Shown: positions 30,045 to 40,583 of the stretch, piece after piece
How the letters are laid out: each line of letters begins with the position of its first letter
Numbering within the stretch: position 1 is the stretch's first letter
Assembly (NCBI GenBank): GCA_963674735.2
Contig: CAXXQS010000002.1
Coordinates: 160,001 to 224,000 of the forward strand
Reading direction: 5' to 3'
Origin: Myxococcota bacterium
Lineage (GTDB): Bacteria > Myxococcota_A > SURF-8
Length of the DNA stretch: 64,000 bases
The notes under the pieces: generated by a model
The model's database searches: none
Told to the model about the DNA's origin: nothing
What the model saw: only the letters and a program-made list of their open reading frames with translations
Program-made: the position numbers and the translations under genes

Positions 30045-30272
30045 CAAGGCGTATCTTCCAACGCGGAAAGGAAGTGTAATCAGCTTTGCCGCCTAACGCA
30101 AGTTTTTTTCGCGCTTTCCTCGCTTCCGAACGAACCCGCTCGCGATATCTTGACCTCACGGCGATAGAACAGAGTTCCAATGCTTTTGAAACGGTATTTC
30201 GATTGTCACGCGGAGCGAGTCGGTTTACACTGGGTAAAATTTCTGACACTGGTTCGGCCACGAGGTGTAAGC

Positions 30273-32870
30273 ATGCTGTTTCAAAAGATTTTTTTATCGG
30301 TCTTATCGACCCTATTCCTCATCAGCATCGCTTGTTCGGACGACACCTCGGATCCCTCCGACGGTGACACACCCCACGACGATGGCGACGCCTCCGATGG
30401 CGATTTCCCCGATGGCGACGCGCCTTATGGCGATGACGATCCATCTGACAGCGACGATTTGCCTGCCGATGGTGATTCCTCCGATGGCGACTCGGATGAT
30501 GACATCGATGGTGACACGGATGGCGATACGGATGGCAACTCGGAGAACGATTCCGAGCAAGAACCGCCCGAAGACACCGATCCACCGCTTCTGGAAGGCG
30601 ACATCGAGGCCTGCACCGCCTCCGGCGGCTCGGCGGATCTGTTGCTGATCAAAGGCACGCTGGTGACGCCCACGGAGGCCTACTTGAATGGCGAACTGTT
30701 GACGGACGCCGTTTCGGGCAAGGTGCTGTGCGCCGGTGAAAACTGCGTCGACGATCCCAGCGCCAACGGGGCCACCGTCATTTGCGCCGATGGAATCATT
30801 CTGCCCGGCATGCTCGACCCGCACAACCATAGCTGGTACAACACGATCCCGCGCTGGCGGCACCCCGGCGACGACCACTGCCAGGATTGTACGCCCGGCG
30901 ACGACTGCCCGGCGGACGGGCAGGACTGCCGCCGTAAAAACGGACTCTACACCACGCGCCATAGCTGGCCGGATGATACGGATTATCAGAACCAGCTCAA
31001 AGCCTATTACAACGGGCTGAAAGACGACTACGAATGCGAAATGCAAAAGTGGGCCGAGGCGCGCATGCTCATTCACGGCACCACCGGAGTGGCCGGAGCC
31101 TGCCAGATGCGACGCTGCTACAACATGCTGGCGCGCAATCTCGACCTCGCCACCAGTTATTCCGGTCTCGAAGCCGACCGCATGCAAACCAACATCTACG
31201 AAGTGAAAACCATCACGAACGACGCCGATCAGGTGGCCAACTACTGCGCGAAGTTCGCCGCCGGGGATACCTCGGCGCTTTTGCTGCACGTAGCCGAAGG
31301 CGTCTCGGACCATCGCAACCGCACGGAATTCTGGAATTTGTGGATGCCCGACGACGAACACCCCGAAACGACTCTGATGGTTGAGGAACTGGTGCACATC
31401 CACGGCACCGGCGCTTACACCGACGAGCTGGCGCTTTTAGCCTGCAGCGACGCCAAGCTGGTATGGTCGCCACGCTCGAACATCGACCTCTACGGCCAAA
31501 CCACCAATATCCCGCTGGCGCGCAACCTCGGTATCAGGCTCGCACTCGGTCCCGATTGGACTCCCTCAGGCTCGCTCAGTCAGCTTCAGGAAATGCGCTG
31601 CGCCCATTACGTGAGCGAACGCTATTGGAACGACAGTATCGACGAACAGATACTTGTGCGCTGGGTAACCGATCAAGCGGCGCAGGTATTGGGCATCGAC
31701 GATCAGATCGGCAAGCTCGCCACCGGTTATCTGGCCGATGCGGCCATCGTCTCGGCCGATGACTACCAGCGCCGCCGTCCCTTCCGCCGGATCGTCGAGG
31801 CCGAAGCCTGGGATATCCGCCTGACGCTCGTGGGCGGCGTGCCGGTCTACGGCGACGTGGATTTGGCCCCTTACGGGCCGTACTGCGAAACCCTCGACGT
31901 TTGCGGCGAAACCAAAATCCTGTGCATGAAACAAGGCGAAGACGACACCGACTTCAAAAACCAAACCTTGACGGATATCCGGCAGATTTTGGAAACGAAC
32001 ATCGCCACCCTCCGGGAGGCCGCCGCCCCCGAGGACAGCTATCTGTTCGAGCTGTTCCCATTGTTCTTGTGTCCCGGCACGCAGGCCTATGCGGACGATC
32101 AACCGGAAGCCGTCTGCGCGTTCAAGCACAACCCCCATCCCGACGTCCTGTTCCCGGCCATCCCCGCCACCCCCATCGCCGACGACCGGGACGAAGACGG
32201 CTGGCCCGACGACAGCGACAACTGCCCGGACATCAACAACGCCGACCAGCTCGATCGCAACGAAAACGGCGTCGGGGACGCCTGCGAAGCCATCCCGTTA
32301 TCTTCCGAGGACTGCCCGCGCACGGCCGACGATGGGTGCCAGGTGGCGGGCGAGGAACGCAAACCCCGGCTGGCGTCCATGCCTCCCTTTGAAGAAGCGC
32401 CCACCCGACAAATTTTCGAACTTAAAACGCCGGGGTTGTGGACCCGGCTTTCCAATGGTGAAAAAGCCATGTTGTCGGCGGTTACGGTTACCGCCGCTGT
32501 CGAAGACGGCTTTTTCGTTCAGGAATCGGATTCCAAACGCTATGCCGGGCTGTTCGTCGCCGTCGACAAGCGGCCTTCTTTGATCGTACCGGGGCGCATC
32601 CTGGATCTTAGCGGAACCGTGCGCGTCAAAGGGGAACGCATCTGGTTGGAACTCGACAGCTATAACTTGGCCGACCTGTGCGACCTCACCCGTCCCGATC
32701 CGCCCCAAACCGTCAACCTGGGAGCGGCGGAGTTTGCCACGGATTCCAACTGGTTCGCTTATGACGGCATGCGAGTCGTCATCACCGATCCCACATGGGC
32801 CGTTCGGCTTGGCGGAAACAAGGGCATACTGGATGGACACGGAAAACAGCGCCGTATCGTGGCGGAGTAA
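30273..32870 (+). CDS. Amidohydrolase-family lipoprotein with DGD stalk, TSP3 repeats and C-terminal OB-fold-like domain
   Basis: GAGG RBS; lipobox SIA-C; PGMLDPHNH, LHVAEG, IHGT, WSPRSN, GPDW; DRDEDGWPDDSDNCP..NADQLD. Confidence 0.88.
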   Translation: MLFQKIFLSVLSTLFLISIACSDDTSDPSDGDTPHDDGDASDGDFPDGDAPYGDDDPSDSDDLPADGDSSDGDSDDDIDGDTDGDTDGNSENDSEQEPPEDTDPPLLEGDIEACTASGGSADLLLIKGTLVTPTEAYLNGELLTDAVSGKVLCAGENCVDDPSANGATVICADGIILPGMLDPHNHSWYNTIPRWRHPGDDHCQDCTPGDDCPADGQDCRRKNGLYTTRHSWPDDTDYQNQLKAYYNGLKDDYECEMQKWAEARMLIHGTTGVAGACQMRRCYNMLARNLDLATSYSGLEADRMQTNIYEVKTITNDADQVANYCAKFAAGDTSALLLHVAEGVSDHRNRTEFWNLWMPDDEHPETTLMVEELVHIHGTGAYTDELALLACSDAKLVWSPRSNIDLYGQTTNIPLARNLGIRLALGPDWTPSGSLSQLQEMRCAHYVSERYWNDSIDEQILVRWVTDQAAQVLGIDDQIGKLATGYLADAAIVSADDYQRRRPFRRIVEAEAWDIRLTLVGGVPVYGDVDLAPYGPYCETLDVCGETKILCMKQGEDDTDFKNQTLTDIRQILETNIATLREAAAPEDSYLFELFPLFLCPGTQAYADDQPEAVCAFKHNPHPDVLFPAIPATPIADDRDEDGWPDDSDNCPDINNADQLDRNENGVGDACEAIPLSSEDCPRTADDGCQVAGEERKPRLASMPPFEEAPTRQIFELKTPGLWTRLSNGEKAMLSAVTVTAAVEDGFFVQESDSKRYAGLFVAVDKRPSLIVPGRILDLSGTVRVKGERIWLELDSYNLADLCDLTRPDPPQTVNLGAAEFATDSNWFAYDGMRVVITDPTWAVRLGGNKGILDGHGKQRRIVAE

Positions 32871-32923
32871 TTTTCGGCTTTAAATGACGATAGACAATCG
32901 ATGAAGGAGCGGGAAGCAGCGTC

Positions 32924-33946
32924 CTACCACTTGTAGAAGCCGCCGAACAACACCCCGATCTTGTCGTAGGCGGTGAAGAGCTTCATGTAAGACGCCTCAC
33001 CGAACAGGCCCCAGTCTTTACCGACCCAGTGCCGATGGCCGACGGCCACTTCGATGAAGTTCAAGCGCACCGTATCGCGCGTAACCACATAGGTGGCCAC
33101 ATAGCCCTGCTGCCCGCCCGACAGATTGACATAGGTGCTATGCCCGCCATTCCACTCGTAACCCACACTCACCAGATGACTGTGCGCCAGAATCGCGCCG
33201 GGCCAGCCGATATTGAGGAAGGCACGGTAGAGCACATACCACTGCTCGATATACAGCGCCAGGCCCAAGGAGGGCGTCAGGTCGCGGTGTTCGTTGAGAT
33301 AATGGTGATAGGTGATGCCGGCCGTCAAAACCAAGCCGACCGGACGATCGATCAAAACGAAGTTGAAGTCGTGATCGAAGCGGAAAAGCGGCGTGAAGTA
33401 GTTCGGCGGAATACCGAAGGAAATGGCGGAAAGCGTATTCAGCCAGCGCAACCAGTCGACCGAGACGCCTGCCCCAACCCAGCCTCCGACATCCGACTCG
33501 CGTACACCCAGACCCAAACTCACGAAATATTCGAGTTTGCGGATGGGGCGATGGAAGAAGGTGACATAGACGCTTTCCCAGGACCCGTAATCGCCATAAG
33601 GAATCAGGTGCTCGTAAGAAGCGGCCGCCTCGATGCGAAATTCATCCTTCCAGGGCGGAGTCGCCGCCTTTACCGCCGCTTCTTCCAAATCGGTCAATTT
33701 AAAATCTTCCGCCAGCAGGCGCAAACCGGCCGTATCGAGATGGATCGGATCGCTGGCCGATTCACCCTCGAAAACTTCCGTATCCTCAACCGGTGGCGGA
33801 TCGTCCACCGGGGCCGGATTCGCGGCCGCATCGGGCGCAACCAGAGCCGGGCCATCGGCGCCCGAGCCGCTCTGCGCCCAGACGACACCCCCGCCGAGCC
33901 AAAGTGCCGTTACCATCAAAACGGTCATGACGACGCGTCCGCTCAT
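32924..33946 (-). CDS. YaiO-family outer-membrane beta-barrel
   Basis: Signal peptide ending VWA-Q; YEHL...YGSW start of the barrel; amphipathic strands; terminal YKW. Confidence 0.75.
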   Translation of the reverse strand: MSGRVVMTVLMVTALWLGGGVVWAQSGSGADGPALVAPDAAANPAPVDDPPPVEDTEVFEGESASDPIHLDTAGLRLLAEDFKLTDLEEAAVKAATPPWKDEFRIEAAASYEHLIPYGDYGSWESVYVTFFHRPIRKLEYFVSLGLGVRESDVGGWVGAGVSVDWLRWLNTLSAISFGIPPNYFTPLFRFDHDFNFVLIDRPVGLVLTAGITYHHYLNEHRDLTPSLGLALYIEQWYVLYRAFLNIGWPGAILAHSHLVSVGYEWNGGHSTYVNLSGGQQGYVATYVVTRDTVRLNFIEVAVGHRHWVGKDWGLFGEASYMKLFTAYDKIGVLFGGFYKW

Positions 33947-34920
33947 GGGTTCGCCCCTTCCCCGCGCACCGCATCGCGCACCTGATCGTTCGTAGTCGGA
34001 TCGGAGCGAAGCAAGCCCAATCCCTCAATACGCCGTTTGGCCAGCCGATACGTGATCTGCTGCTCAACCTCGGCCGTTTGCATGTTCGATGCATACTGTT
34101 TTTCGAAACGCGTCCATAAATACGCCACCAAGTCCAAGTTCTGGTCGGCCAAGCCGTAGGCGATGACCATCAGTTGCGCGTAGGCATCCGGATAGAAGGT
34201 ATCCCAGCTCGATCGCTGGCGGAATTCGGGATCGACGGCCCAATCGAACAGACGCGCCTCGGGGTTGTACAACTCGTTCCAGATTCCGTTGCGAATATCC
34301 CGCGCCACCCGCTCGTAATACGCCGCCTCACGGGTCAGGCCGCGCGCCTGCGCCAGGCGTGCAAAGGCGTTGAGACCGCCATAAGACTCGCAGTTGTCCA
34401 TCAGATACTTCACGTGGTAATCCGGTCGCGCCCAGGTCAGGCCGTCGCTTTCCTGCAGATAGGCGATCGTATACGCCACATCGGCCAGTTTGTCCCAGTT
34501 TCGGGCAATCAGATCGCGGTCGCCGCTCAACGCCAGATAGTCGGCCACCACCATCAGGAAAGTCGCCGAATAGCTATCCACCGAATCATAGGTGTTCAAC
34601 GGCGTATGGCTGCCGTCGGCCTCGATACGAAAATCATAGATGGTCCCGGTCATTTCGTTATGATCGGGATAATTCAGATGCGCCAAGGTCCACAGGATAT
34701 ACTCCCGCACACCTTCCACCTCACCGCTGCGACGCATGGCATCCAAGACCCGCAGGTTGGCATTATACGGCAACACCACCGTCGGTTGTCCGACCACGAT
34801 GGACTCGTAAGGTTCCACGATGCGCAGAACCGGATGTTGCCAGCATCCTGTCATCATCATCACTCCGAGTAAAATCCAGATCCCGCGGTTATCGGGAGTT
34901 GAGCACCATGGTGGCTTCAT
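33943..34920 (-). CDS. Six-hairpin glycosidase-like lipoprotein
   Basis: Lipobox-like MTG-C; YDSVDSYSATF, LQESDGLTWA, YLMDNCESYGGL, FYPDAYAQ; helical. Confidence 0.65.
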   Translation of the reverse strand: MKPPWCSTPDNRGIWILLGVMMMTGCWQHPVLRIVEPYESIVVGQPTVVLPYNANLRVLDAMRRSGEVEGVREYILWTLAHLNYPDHNEMTGTIYDFRIEADGSHTPLNTYDSVDSYSATFLMVVADYLALSGDRDLIARNWDKLADVAYTIAYLQESDGLTWARPDYHVKYLMDNCESYGGLNAFARLAQARGLTREAAYYERVARDIRNGIWNELYNPEARLFDWAVDPEFRQRSSWDTFYPDAYAQLMVIAYGLADQNLDLVAYLWTRFEKQYASNMQTAEVEQQITYRLAKRRIEGLGLLRSDPTTNDQVRDAVRGEGANP

Positions 34921-36730
34921 TCAGACCGCTCTTGAACGTTACGTAATAATAGTCGCCTTCTTCGCGGATCGTCGCCAACGACGATTCGGGTTTCTCAAAC
35001 GATTCTCGCGGGATGGCCGCCGTGATGCCGTCCAGTCCCTGCTCGTTCGCCGCACGCAGTTCGAGCCCGTCCGGGTGAACGTTGAACGAATAATGCGTTT
35101 TCAACATCCGATTCAGGAATTGCGCAAAGACATGCATCGGACGCACCTGCAACCGGTTGTCCTTCTGCAGGGTTTCCGCCGCATCGAGAAAATGTTCCAA
35201 CCCGGCATAGTACATCGGAAAATCGTAAAGATCGTACAGATGCGAGTAAACCAGCCGCACGGTATGGTTTTTGGCGGCGTAATTCGCCGTCCCGACCAGC
35301 CAGTCGGTGAACAACTCGTTGCTCACCCCGTTCTGATACATTTCATGGATGCTGGCCACATTCTTCATCGGCATTACCGGGAAAGCGATGGTGCTCTCAC
35401 TCACCCGTTTGCCATCGAAGAACGTCCGATTCGGGGCCGAGCCGGAATCGCCCGTGTAATAATAGGCCACCACCCCGAGCTTCTCCAACACACGCGTCAA
35501 GATCGGCTGCGGGTGTACCCCATCGGGAGCGGAATATTCGATCACAGGATAGCCGGAACTCTCACTCAAACAACGGCTGTTGCGGGTAATGTATTTTTCC
35601 ATTTCCGCTGCGTGGAATTTGCCTTTGAGGACATTCGCGGCAAACCAGTTATGGCCCCAGCCGCCATGCGAACCGATGTGCCCGTAAGCCGCCGCCATTT
35701 TCACCTGTTCGCGGCCTTTGCCGCAGGCGTCGAAGCCCATGCCGTCCCCTGGATAATCGACAAAGTCGCCCGCCGTAATATGGAACGACGCGGGCATGGA
35801 CGGACGGAAGTAGTTGCGTCGGATGAAATCGGGGATATTGAACCATTCCGAGTTGTCGTCGATGTGCCAGTTGATCACCAGACCGCCGATTCCGTTTGGA
35901 ACACTCATCAGATGCGGCATTTTAGCGACTTTAAACAGATAGGCACGCAGAATGCTGCGCATCATCAGGTCGTCGGAACCGTAGGCTTTCAGCTGGCCCA
36001 AGGGAAGATTGACGTACAGAATCGACCCGCTTTTCATCCTCCGCAGCACCAAGGCGGGAAAATGCTCGTCGTCGCCGATTTCCGCCGTCGCCCATATCTC
36101 GGACGGGCTGACCGTTCCCCAGGTCGCGACGCGCGCCACCGGATACTTGAGTTTCTGGTAGGCGTAGCCGCACATATACAAGCCCGACCACAGTTTCCCA
36201 TCGGGAATCTCGAAAAACTCCGCGGCTTCGCTGTCACGAAAACGCAGGTAAGCGGTATCGTAGGCTTTATCGCGCAGTTCGGAATAACGACTATACGCGA
36301 TACCGGTCAGGCGATCGAGAACCGCTTCTTTCAAGTAGTAACCCGAAAGATCTTTCGTGCCGGGATCGAACACCGCCATCGCGTGTCCGCCATTTTCCAC
36401 ATACTCCCGCACCCAATAAATGATGTCCTCAGGCAGCTTCTGAGCCACGCCATCGGGGAAAATCACCACCGGGTGCAAATCCACCGCCGCACTGGCGCTG
36501 TGAGCCAACAGCGAGGAAGGCGTGACGCGTTCAAACGGAACGCCCTCTTCCTCCAGCACACTCTCATAGGCGGGAAAGACATACGGATATTTTTTAATCT
36601 GGGACGGATGATAGACCATCAAAACCGAAAGTTTGTGCTTCTGCACCGGATTGGGGTCCTGGTGACGCGCATAAACCCAGGCCATGCTCGCCAAAAGTCC
36701 GCAGACAACGATGTAGAACACCCACTTCAC
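34889..36730 (-). CDS. Polysaccharide deacetylase-like exported protein
   Basis: N-terminal TM/signal; NWHIDD, HIGSHGGWGH, YSAPDG.HP, VYSH NodB-like motifs. Confidence 0.75.
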   Translation of the reverse strand: MKWVFYIVVCGLLASMAWVYARHQDPNPVQKHKLSVLMVYHPSQIKKYPYVFPAYESVLEEEGVPFERVTPSSLLAHSASAAVDLHPVVIFPDGVAQKLPEDIIYWVREYVENGGHAMAVFDPGTKDLSGYYLKEAVLDRLTGIAYSRYSELRDKAYDTAYLRFRDSEAAEFFEIPDGKLWSGLYMCGYAYQKLKYPVARVATWGTVSPSEIWATAEIGDDEHFPALVLRRMKSGSILYVNLPLGQLKAYGSDDLMMRSILRAYLFKVAKMPHLMSVPNGIGGLVINWHIDDNSEWFNIPDFIRRNYFRPSMPASFHITAGDFVDYPGDGMGFDACGKGREQVKMAAAYGHIGSHGGWGHNWFAANVLKGKFHAAEMEKYITRNSRCLSESSGYPVIEYSAPDGVHPQPILTRVLEKLGVVAYYYTGDSGSAPNRTFFDGKRVSESTIAFPVMPMKNVASIHEMYQNGVSNELFTDWLVGTANYAAKNHTVRLVYSHLYDLYDFPMYYAGLEHFLDAAETLQKDNRLQVRPMHVFAQFLNRMLKTHYSFNVHPDGLELRAANEQGLDGITAAIPRESFEKPESSLATIREEGDYYYVTFKSGLNEATMVLNSR

Positions 36731-38262
36731 GCCACCACTCCGTCTCCGTCGGTGGACACCAGTCCGTAGAAGGTGCCTTCCCCGGCGATATTAATGCCTT
36801 TTTTCGCGATCACCGATTTCACCGAGCCCGGCCGTCCGACCTTGATGGCTCGGCTGAAGGCAATCTTACCTTGCGCAAAGACGTTTTCGTTAATGTCGCA
36901 GCCATAGGCCACTTCGATATTCTCTTCGCTGAAAATACCTCCGGTAACGAGAATTTTCGGATGCAGCTGCAATTCAGTCCCGGCTTTCAAGCTGCCATAA
37001 ATGCGGCTCTCTTCCCCGATCTCCAGTTCACCTTTGGCGATCATCGAGCGGGGAGCCTCTTGCGCACCCAGGACAAAATCTTCCGCCACGTAAATGGACA
37101 TCTTCGACAGCACCCGGCCCCGGATTACACAGCCGCGCTTGATGATGATGTCTTTCTCGGCCATGACATCGCCTTCGATGATGACGTTTTCGTTTAACGT
37201 CAGTTTGCCGCGGGTCCGAACATTGCCTTCGATATGGCTGTCTTCGCCGATCACCAGATCGCGTTTGGAATCGATATCTTTTTTACGACGGGTTTTGGAT
37301 GGAACCAGCACGCGCCGGGGCATCCAGAGTTGGCCGTTTTTGCGCTTTTTCTTCTGCTTCTTTTGATACAGGCTTTCCGGGCGCTCGTTCTCGTTCATGA
37401 CCAGGGCGTTATCCGCTCCTTCGCCGATATGTATCTGCTTGCCGTAAAGGCTACGGAAGAAGGTGTTGCGACCGATGAAAATATCTTCATCGCAGGCCGT
37501 GCGCACACCCAACACGCAGTTGTCGCTCACTCGGATGGTTCCCGGGCTTCCGACCCAGCGGGTGACCACCGTCCCCTCGCCCAGATCGACATCCCCGTCA
37601 CACACCAGGGCCCTCAACGAATTGAGCTTTCCGATCTGCGCTCGGCCACTGACATAAATTTCCTTATCGAAGCGGGCGGAAGCTTCCGTACTGAGATCGC
37701 CGGTCACAAACAGGATATGATCCAAGGCTTCACCATTGCCTTGATTTCCCGTACTCTTGATTACCTCGACCCGATCCTGTTTAGATAGGCTCACCATCTG
37801 CATACCCGGGTCTTCGTTGCTCATGGCCCCTTTGATCATGTGGCGGAAAGCTTTGTCGAAGTATCGCGGGTCTTTGGCGTATTCCATATTGATGTTGAGC
37901 GGTTTATCGTCTTTGGGTCTGTAGATCTCCCGCAAGCTTGGAACCACGGGCAAAAACAAGACCAGAACGGCCAGAAACTGAATCAGGAGCAACCAGTTGT
38001 GACGCTCGGCAGAGATGACGATCGAACGGCTGAACTCCATCAGTTCATCGTCTTCGCGGGCCAGAATGGTTTCGGGAACGGTGACCGGTTCGATGGCGGC
38101 TGGCATACGTTCCCAGCCTTCCACCATACGCTCCACCGGCGTCTCCAACGTCGCCATTTCTTCGGCGGGGGTGGGTGTCTGAGCCGACACCGACCACAGC
38201 AGCCCGGCAAGGCTAATCGCCAAAGCTGCAATCAAACAAACTCGCAACCGCCGCTTCAACAT
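36727..38262 (-). CDS. Membrane-anchored beta-helix (bactofilin-like repeat) protein
   Basis: ATG overlaps the GT stop (TAATG); two hydrophobic segments; repeats such as IEGNVRTRGKLTL, IEGDVMAEKDIII, IRGRVLSKMSIYV, IYGSLKAGTELQL. Confidence 0.75.
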   Translation of the reverse strand: MLKRRLRVCLIAALAISLAGLLWSVSAQTPTPAEEMATLETPVERMVEGWERMPAAIEPVTVPETILAREDDELMEFSRSIVISAERHNWLLLIQFLAVLVLFLPVVPSLREIYRPKDDKPLNINMEYAKDPRYFDKAFRHMIKGAMSNEDPGMQMVSLSKQDRVEVIKSTGNQGNGEALDHILFVTGDLSTEASARFDKEIYVSGRAQIGKLNSLRALVCDGDVDLGEGTVVTRWVGSPGTIRVSDNCVLGVRTACDEDIFIGRNTFFRSLYGKQIHIGEGADNALVMNENERPESLYQKKQKKKRKNGQLWMPRRVLVPSKTRRKKDIDSKRDLVIGEDSHIEGNVRTRGKLTLNENVIIEGDVMAEKDIIIKRGCVIRGRVLSKMSIYVAEDFVLGAQEAPRSMIAKGELEIGEESRIYGSLKAGTELQLHPKILVTGGIFSEENIEVAYGCDINENVFAQGKIAFSRAIKVGRPGSVKSVIAKKGINIAGEGTFYGLVSTDGDGVVA

Positions 38263-39533
38263 TAGACCGACGCCTCCCGATCCCGGAAGCGCGGAGTCTT
38301 GGCCCAGGAACTGCCACGTTTGAAAACCAGATCCAAGGTGCCGGCGACGAAGCCGTTCGCCACATACCACAGGTTGAAGAAAAAGTTGAAGATCAAAAAC
38401 GGCACCAGCAGAATGCGCTCCACCGCGCCATCCAGGAAAGCCCCGCTGGCGATTTGGTAAAATGGCGCGAAATTGCCATAAGAGTTGTAGGCCGCCACAT
38501 ACACAAACACCAGGATGGAATCGATGATGTTCATCTCACCCAGGAAGAACAACGCCAGGGAATCGAGAATCCCGAGTAGAAGCACGATGGGAACCATATA
38601 AATGGTTAAAAGCAGCAGACCATCCACCTTCTCCCAGCGGGACAACAGACGCGAACGGAGCAAGGGCAGGAAGTAGCGATACATCACCTGCGTATGCCCA
38701 TGGGCCCAGCGTTGCACCTGGCGGGCGCGCACCGGCCATTCTTCCGGCACCTCTTCATAGCATTCGGCTCGGTTGGCGTAGACCACCTTGTAGCCGTTCA
38801 AAAACAGTTTGTATGTCAGCTCGGTATCTTCGGTCAGGATATTCGGATCGAACCCACCCATGTCGATGGCCAACTGCCGCCGAAAGCCCCCGACCGTTCC
38901 GCCGTATTGGGGTACCAGTTTCATGTTGTGGCGCGCTTGCTGATCGATCTGGTAGCCGCCGGTGCGCTCCAAGTCGAGCAGGCGGGTAAGAAAATTATGA
39001 TTGGCATTCTCCGGAACCACCCGTCCCATCACCGCCCCGACTTCCGGATCTTTGAACGAAACGGCCATGTCGCGCAGGATGCCTCTGGGCGGCAGATAAT
39101 CCGCATCGAAAACCAGCACCACCTCGCCGGTGGCCTTGGCCATCCCGTCGTTGAGCGCGGCGGGCTTGCCGCGTTTTCCTTCTTTGCGATGCAAAGGCAA
39201 AACGCGCGACGGATATTTCTCCGCATACTCGTTGAGAATCTCCTCGGTTTTGTCATCCGAGTGATCGTTGATGGGAATGATTTCGAGCCTGTCCTGTGGG
39301 TATTCGACCTTCAGCAATCGTTCGAGAACGTGGCGCGCCACCTTCTCCTCATTATGCATGGGGATCAGTACAGCCAAGGTGGGCAGATCGTCGTCGAGAA
39401 TATCCTGATAAAAAATGCGCTGCTCGCCACGCACCCGGCTGAGGGTGAAGCGCATGTGCCGAAGGGTGTAGCCGCTCATGATGAGCACCACCAGCACAAT
39501 GTAGATTTTAAGAATCAGTACGACCACTTCCAT
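38262..39533 (-). CDS. Processive GT2 glycosyltransferase (PgaC/IcaA/CesA-like)
   Basis: IPMHNE, NDHSDD, GKPAALN, FDADY, TED, QVQRW; N- and C-terminal TM helices. Confidence 0.93.
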   Translation of the reverse strand: MEVVVLILKIYIVLVVLIMSGYTLRHMRFTLSRVRGEQRIFYQDILDDDLPTLAVLIPMHNEEKVARHVLERLLKVEYPQDRLEIIPINDHSDDKTEEILNEYAEKYPSRVLPLHRKEGKRGKPAALNDGMAKATGEVVLVFDADYLPPRGILRDMAVSFKDPEVGAVMGRVVPENANHNFLTRLLDLERTGGYQIDQQARHNMKLVPQYGGTVGGFRRQLAIDMGGFDPNILTEDTELTYKLFLNGYKVVYANRAECYEEVPEEWPVRARQVQRWAHGHTQVMYRYFLPLLRSRLLSRWEKVDGLLLLTIYMVPIVLLLGILDSLALFFLGEMNIIDSILVFVYVAAYNSYGNFAPFYQIASGAFLDGAVERILLVPFLIFNFFFNLWYVANGFVAGTLDLVFKRGSSWAKTPRFRDREASV

Positions 39534-40336
39534 TGGCGTATATCCTTTCTGATCTCAGCCGATATGTTGCGCATAAACAAGGAGTAGGTGACCACGGCAT
39601 AAAGAAAGTCCACCAGTGGACCAAAGGCAAAAAACATCAGCGCCATGAAGAGGAACGAATAGTGGTGCAGCACGTATAGGAAGACGAAATAGCGCACGAT
39701 GCCGAGAACGACGTCCAGCAGAACAATCGAGATAATAACCCCGAATTTCGCGCCCAATCGCGATGGAATAGGCAAAAGAGCGGCCGCCAGCAAAAGCGGA
39801 ATGATAAACCACATGCTGACTTCGGTTTTCATGTAAAGTTCCGAAAAGATACGGATGGAATACGGGAACTGGTTCGGCACGAAAAAGAAGAATGTCGCCG
39901 ACACGAAGTTGACGAAAGCCAGATAGCCGACCCACAGCCCCACCGCTTTGGGTACGATTTTGATGTTGGGAATGATAACCAGGATTAAAAATGAAATGAG
40001 CGCCGTGATGAACGAAAACGTCATCGTCGGATAAGAACCCGGAATCGACATGAAGTAGACGGTATTGGCGAGATAATCGTCGCGGATCAGGTGGATGAAC
40101 TCTTCCGGGATCGACGGCGTGAGCAAATGAATCGCGTTATAGCAGTTCAGATAAGTTAAATAGGGAAAGAGGAAATACATGACGGCCATCAGCGGCACAG
40201 ACAAAATCAGCAATTCGATGAAAGAACCGCGACGTCCGACATCCACAAGTTTCCGGTAGGCCCGATGCGGGTGGATAACCTGTTTGGAAATATCCACTAC
40301 TTCCGGTTTTTTCTTTTTGTTGCCCAAAGACAGCAT
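39515..40336 (-). CDS. Multi-pass membrane protein, first gene of the GT2 operon
   Basis: About 6-7 hydrophobic helices; overlaps the GT start; start codon uncertain. Confidence 0.75.
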   Translation of the reverse strand: MLSLGNKKKKPEVVDISKQVIHPHRAYRKLVDVGRRGSFIELLILSVPLMAVMYFLFPYLTYLNCYNAIHLLTPSIPEEFIHLIRDDYLANTVYFMSIPGSYPTMTFSFITALISFLILVIIPNIKIVPKAVGLWVGYLAFVNFVSATFFFFVPNQFPYSIRIFSELYMKTEVSMWFIIPLLLAAALLPIPSRLGAKFGVIISIVLLDVVLGIVRYFVFLYVLHHYSFLFMALMFFAFGPLVDFLYAVVTYSLFMRNISAEIRKDIRQWKWSY

Positions 40337-40583
40337 AACGATCGTCGCAGTCCTTCTTGCCGACGAACCTTCCGGTCCATGGCAATCGAGTCCGATCAAA
40401 GTCGTTCACGATTTGTTACAAACTAACTCGACCAAAAAAGATCTTTCACCCATTTTCCAAATGGTCGACTACCCCGATTTGGATGTACCTTTGCTTTCGT
40501 TGAGTATTATATAAAAAAAAGAAAAAATCAAAGCTTTTTTAAAATACTTAATTTTAATTAACTGAAGTTTTACTTAGTTCATA

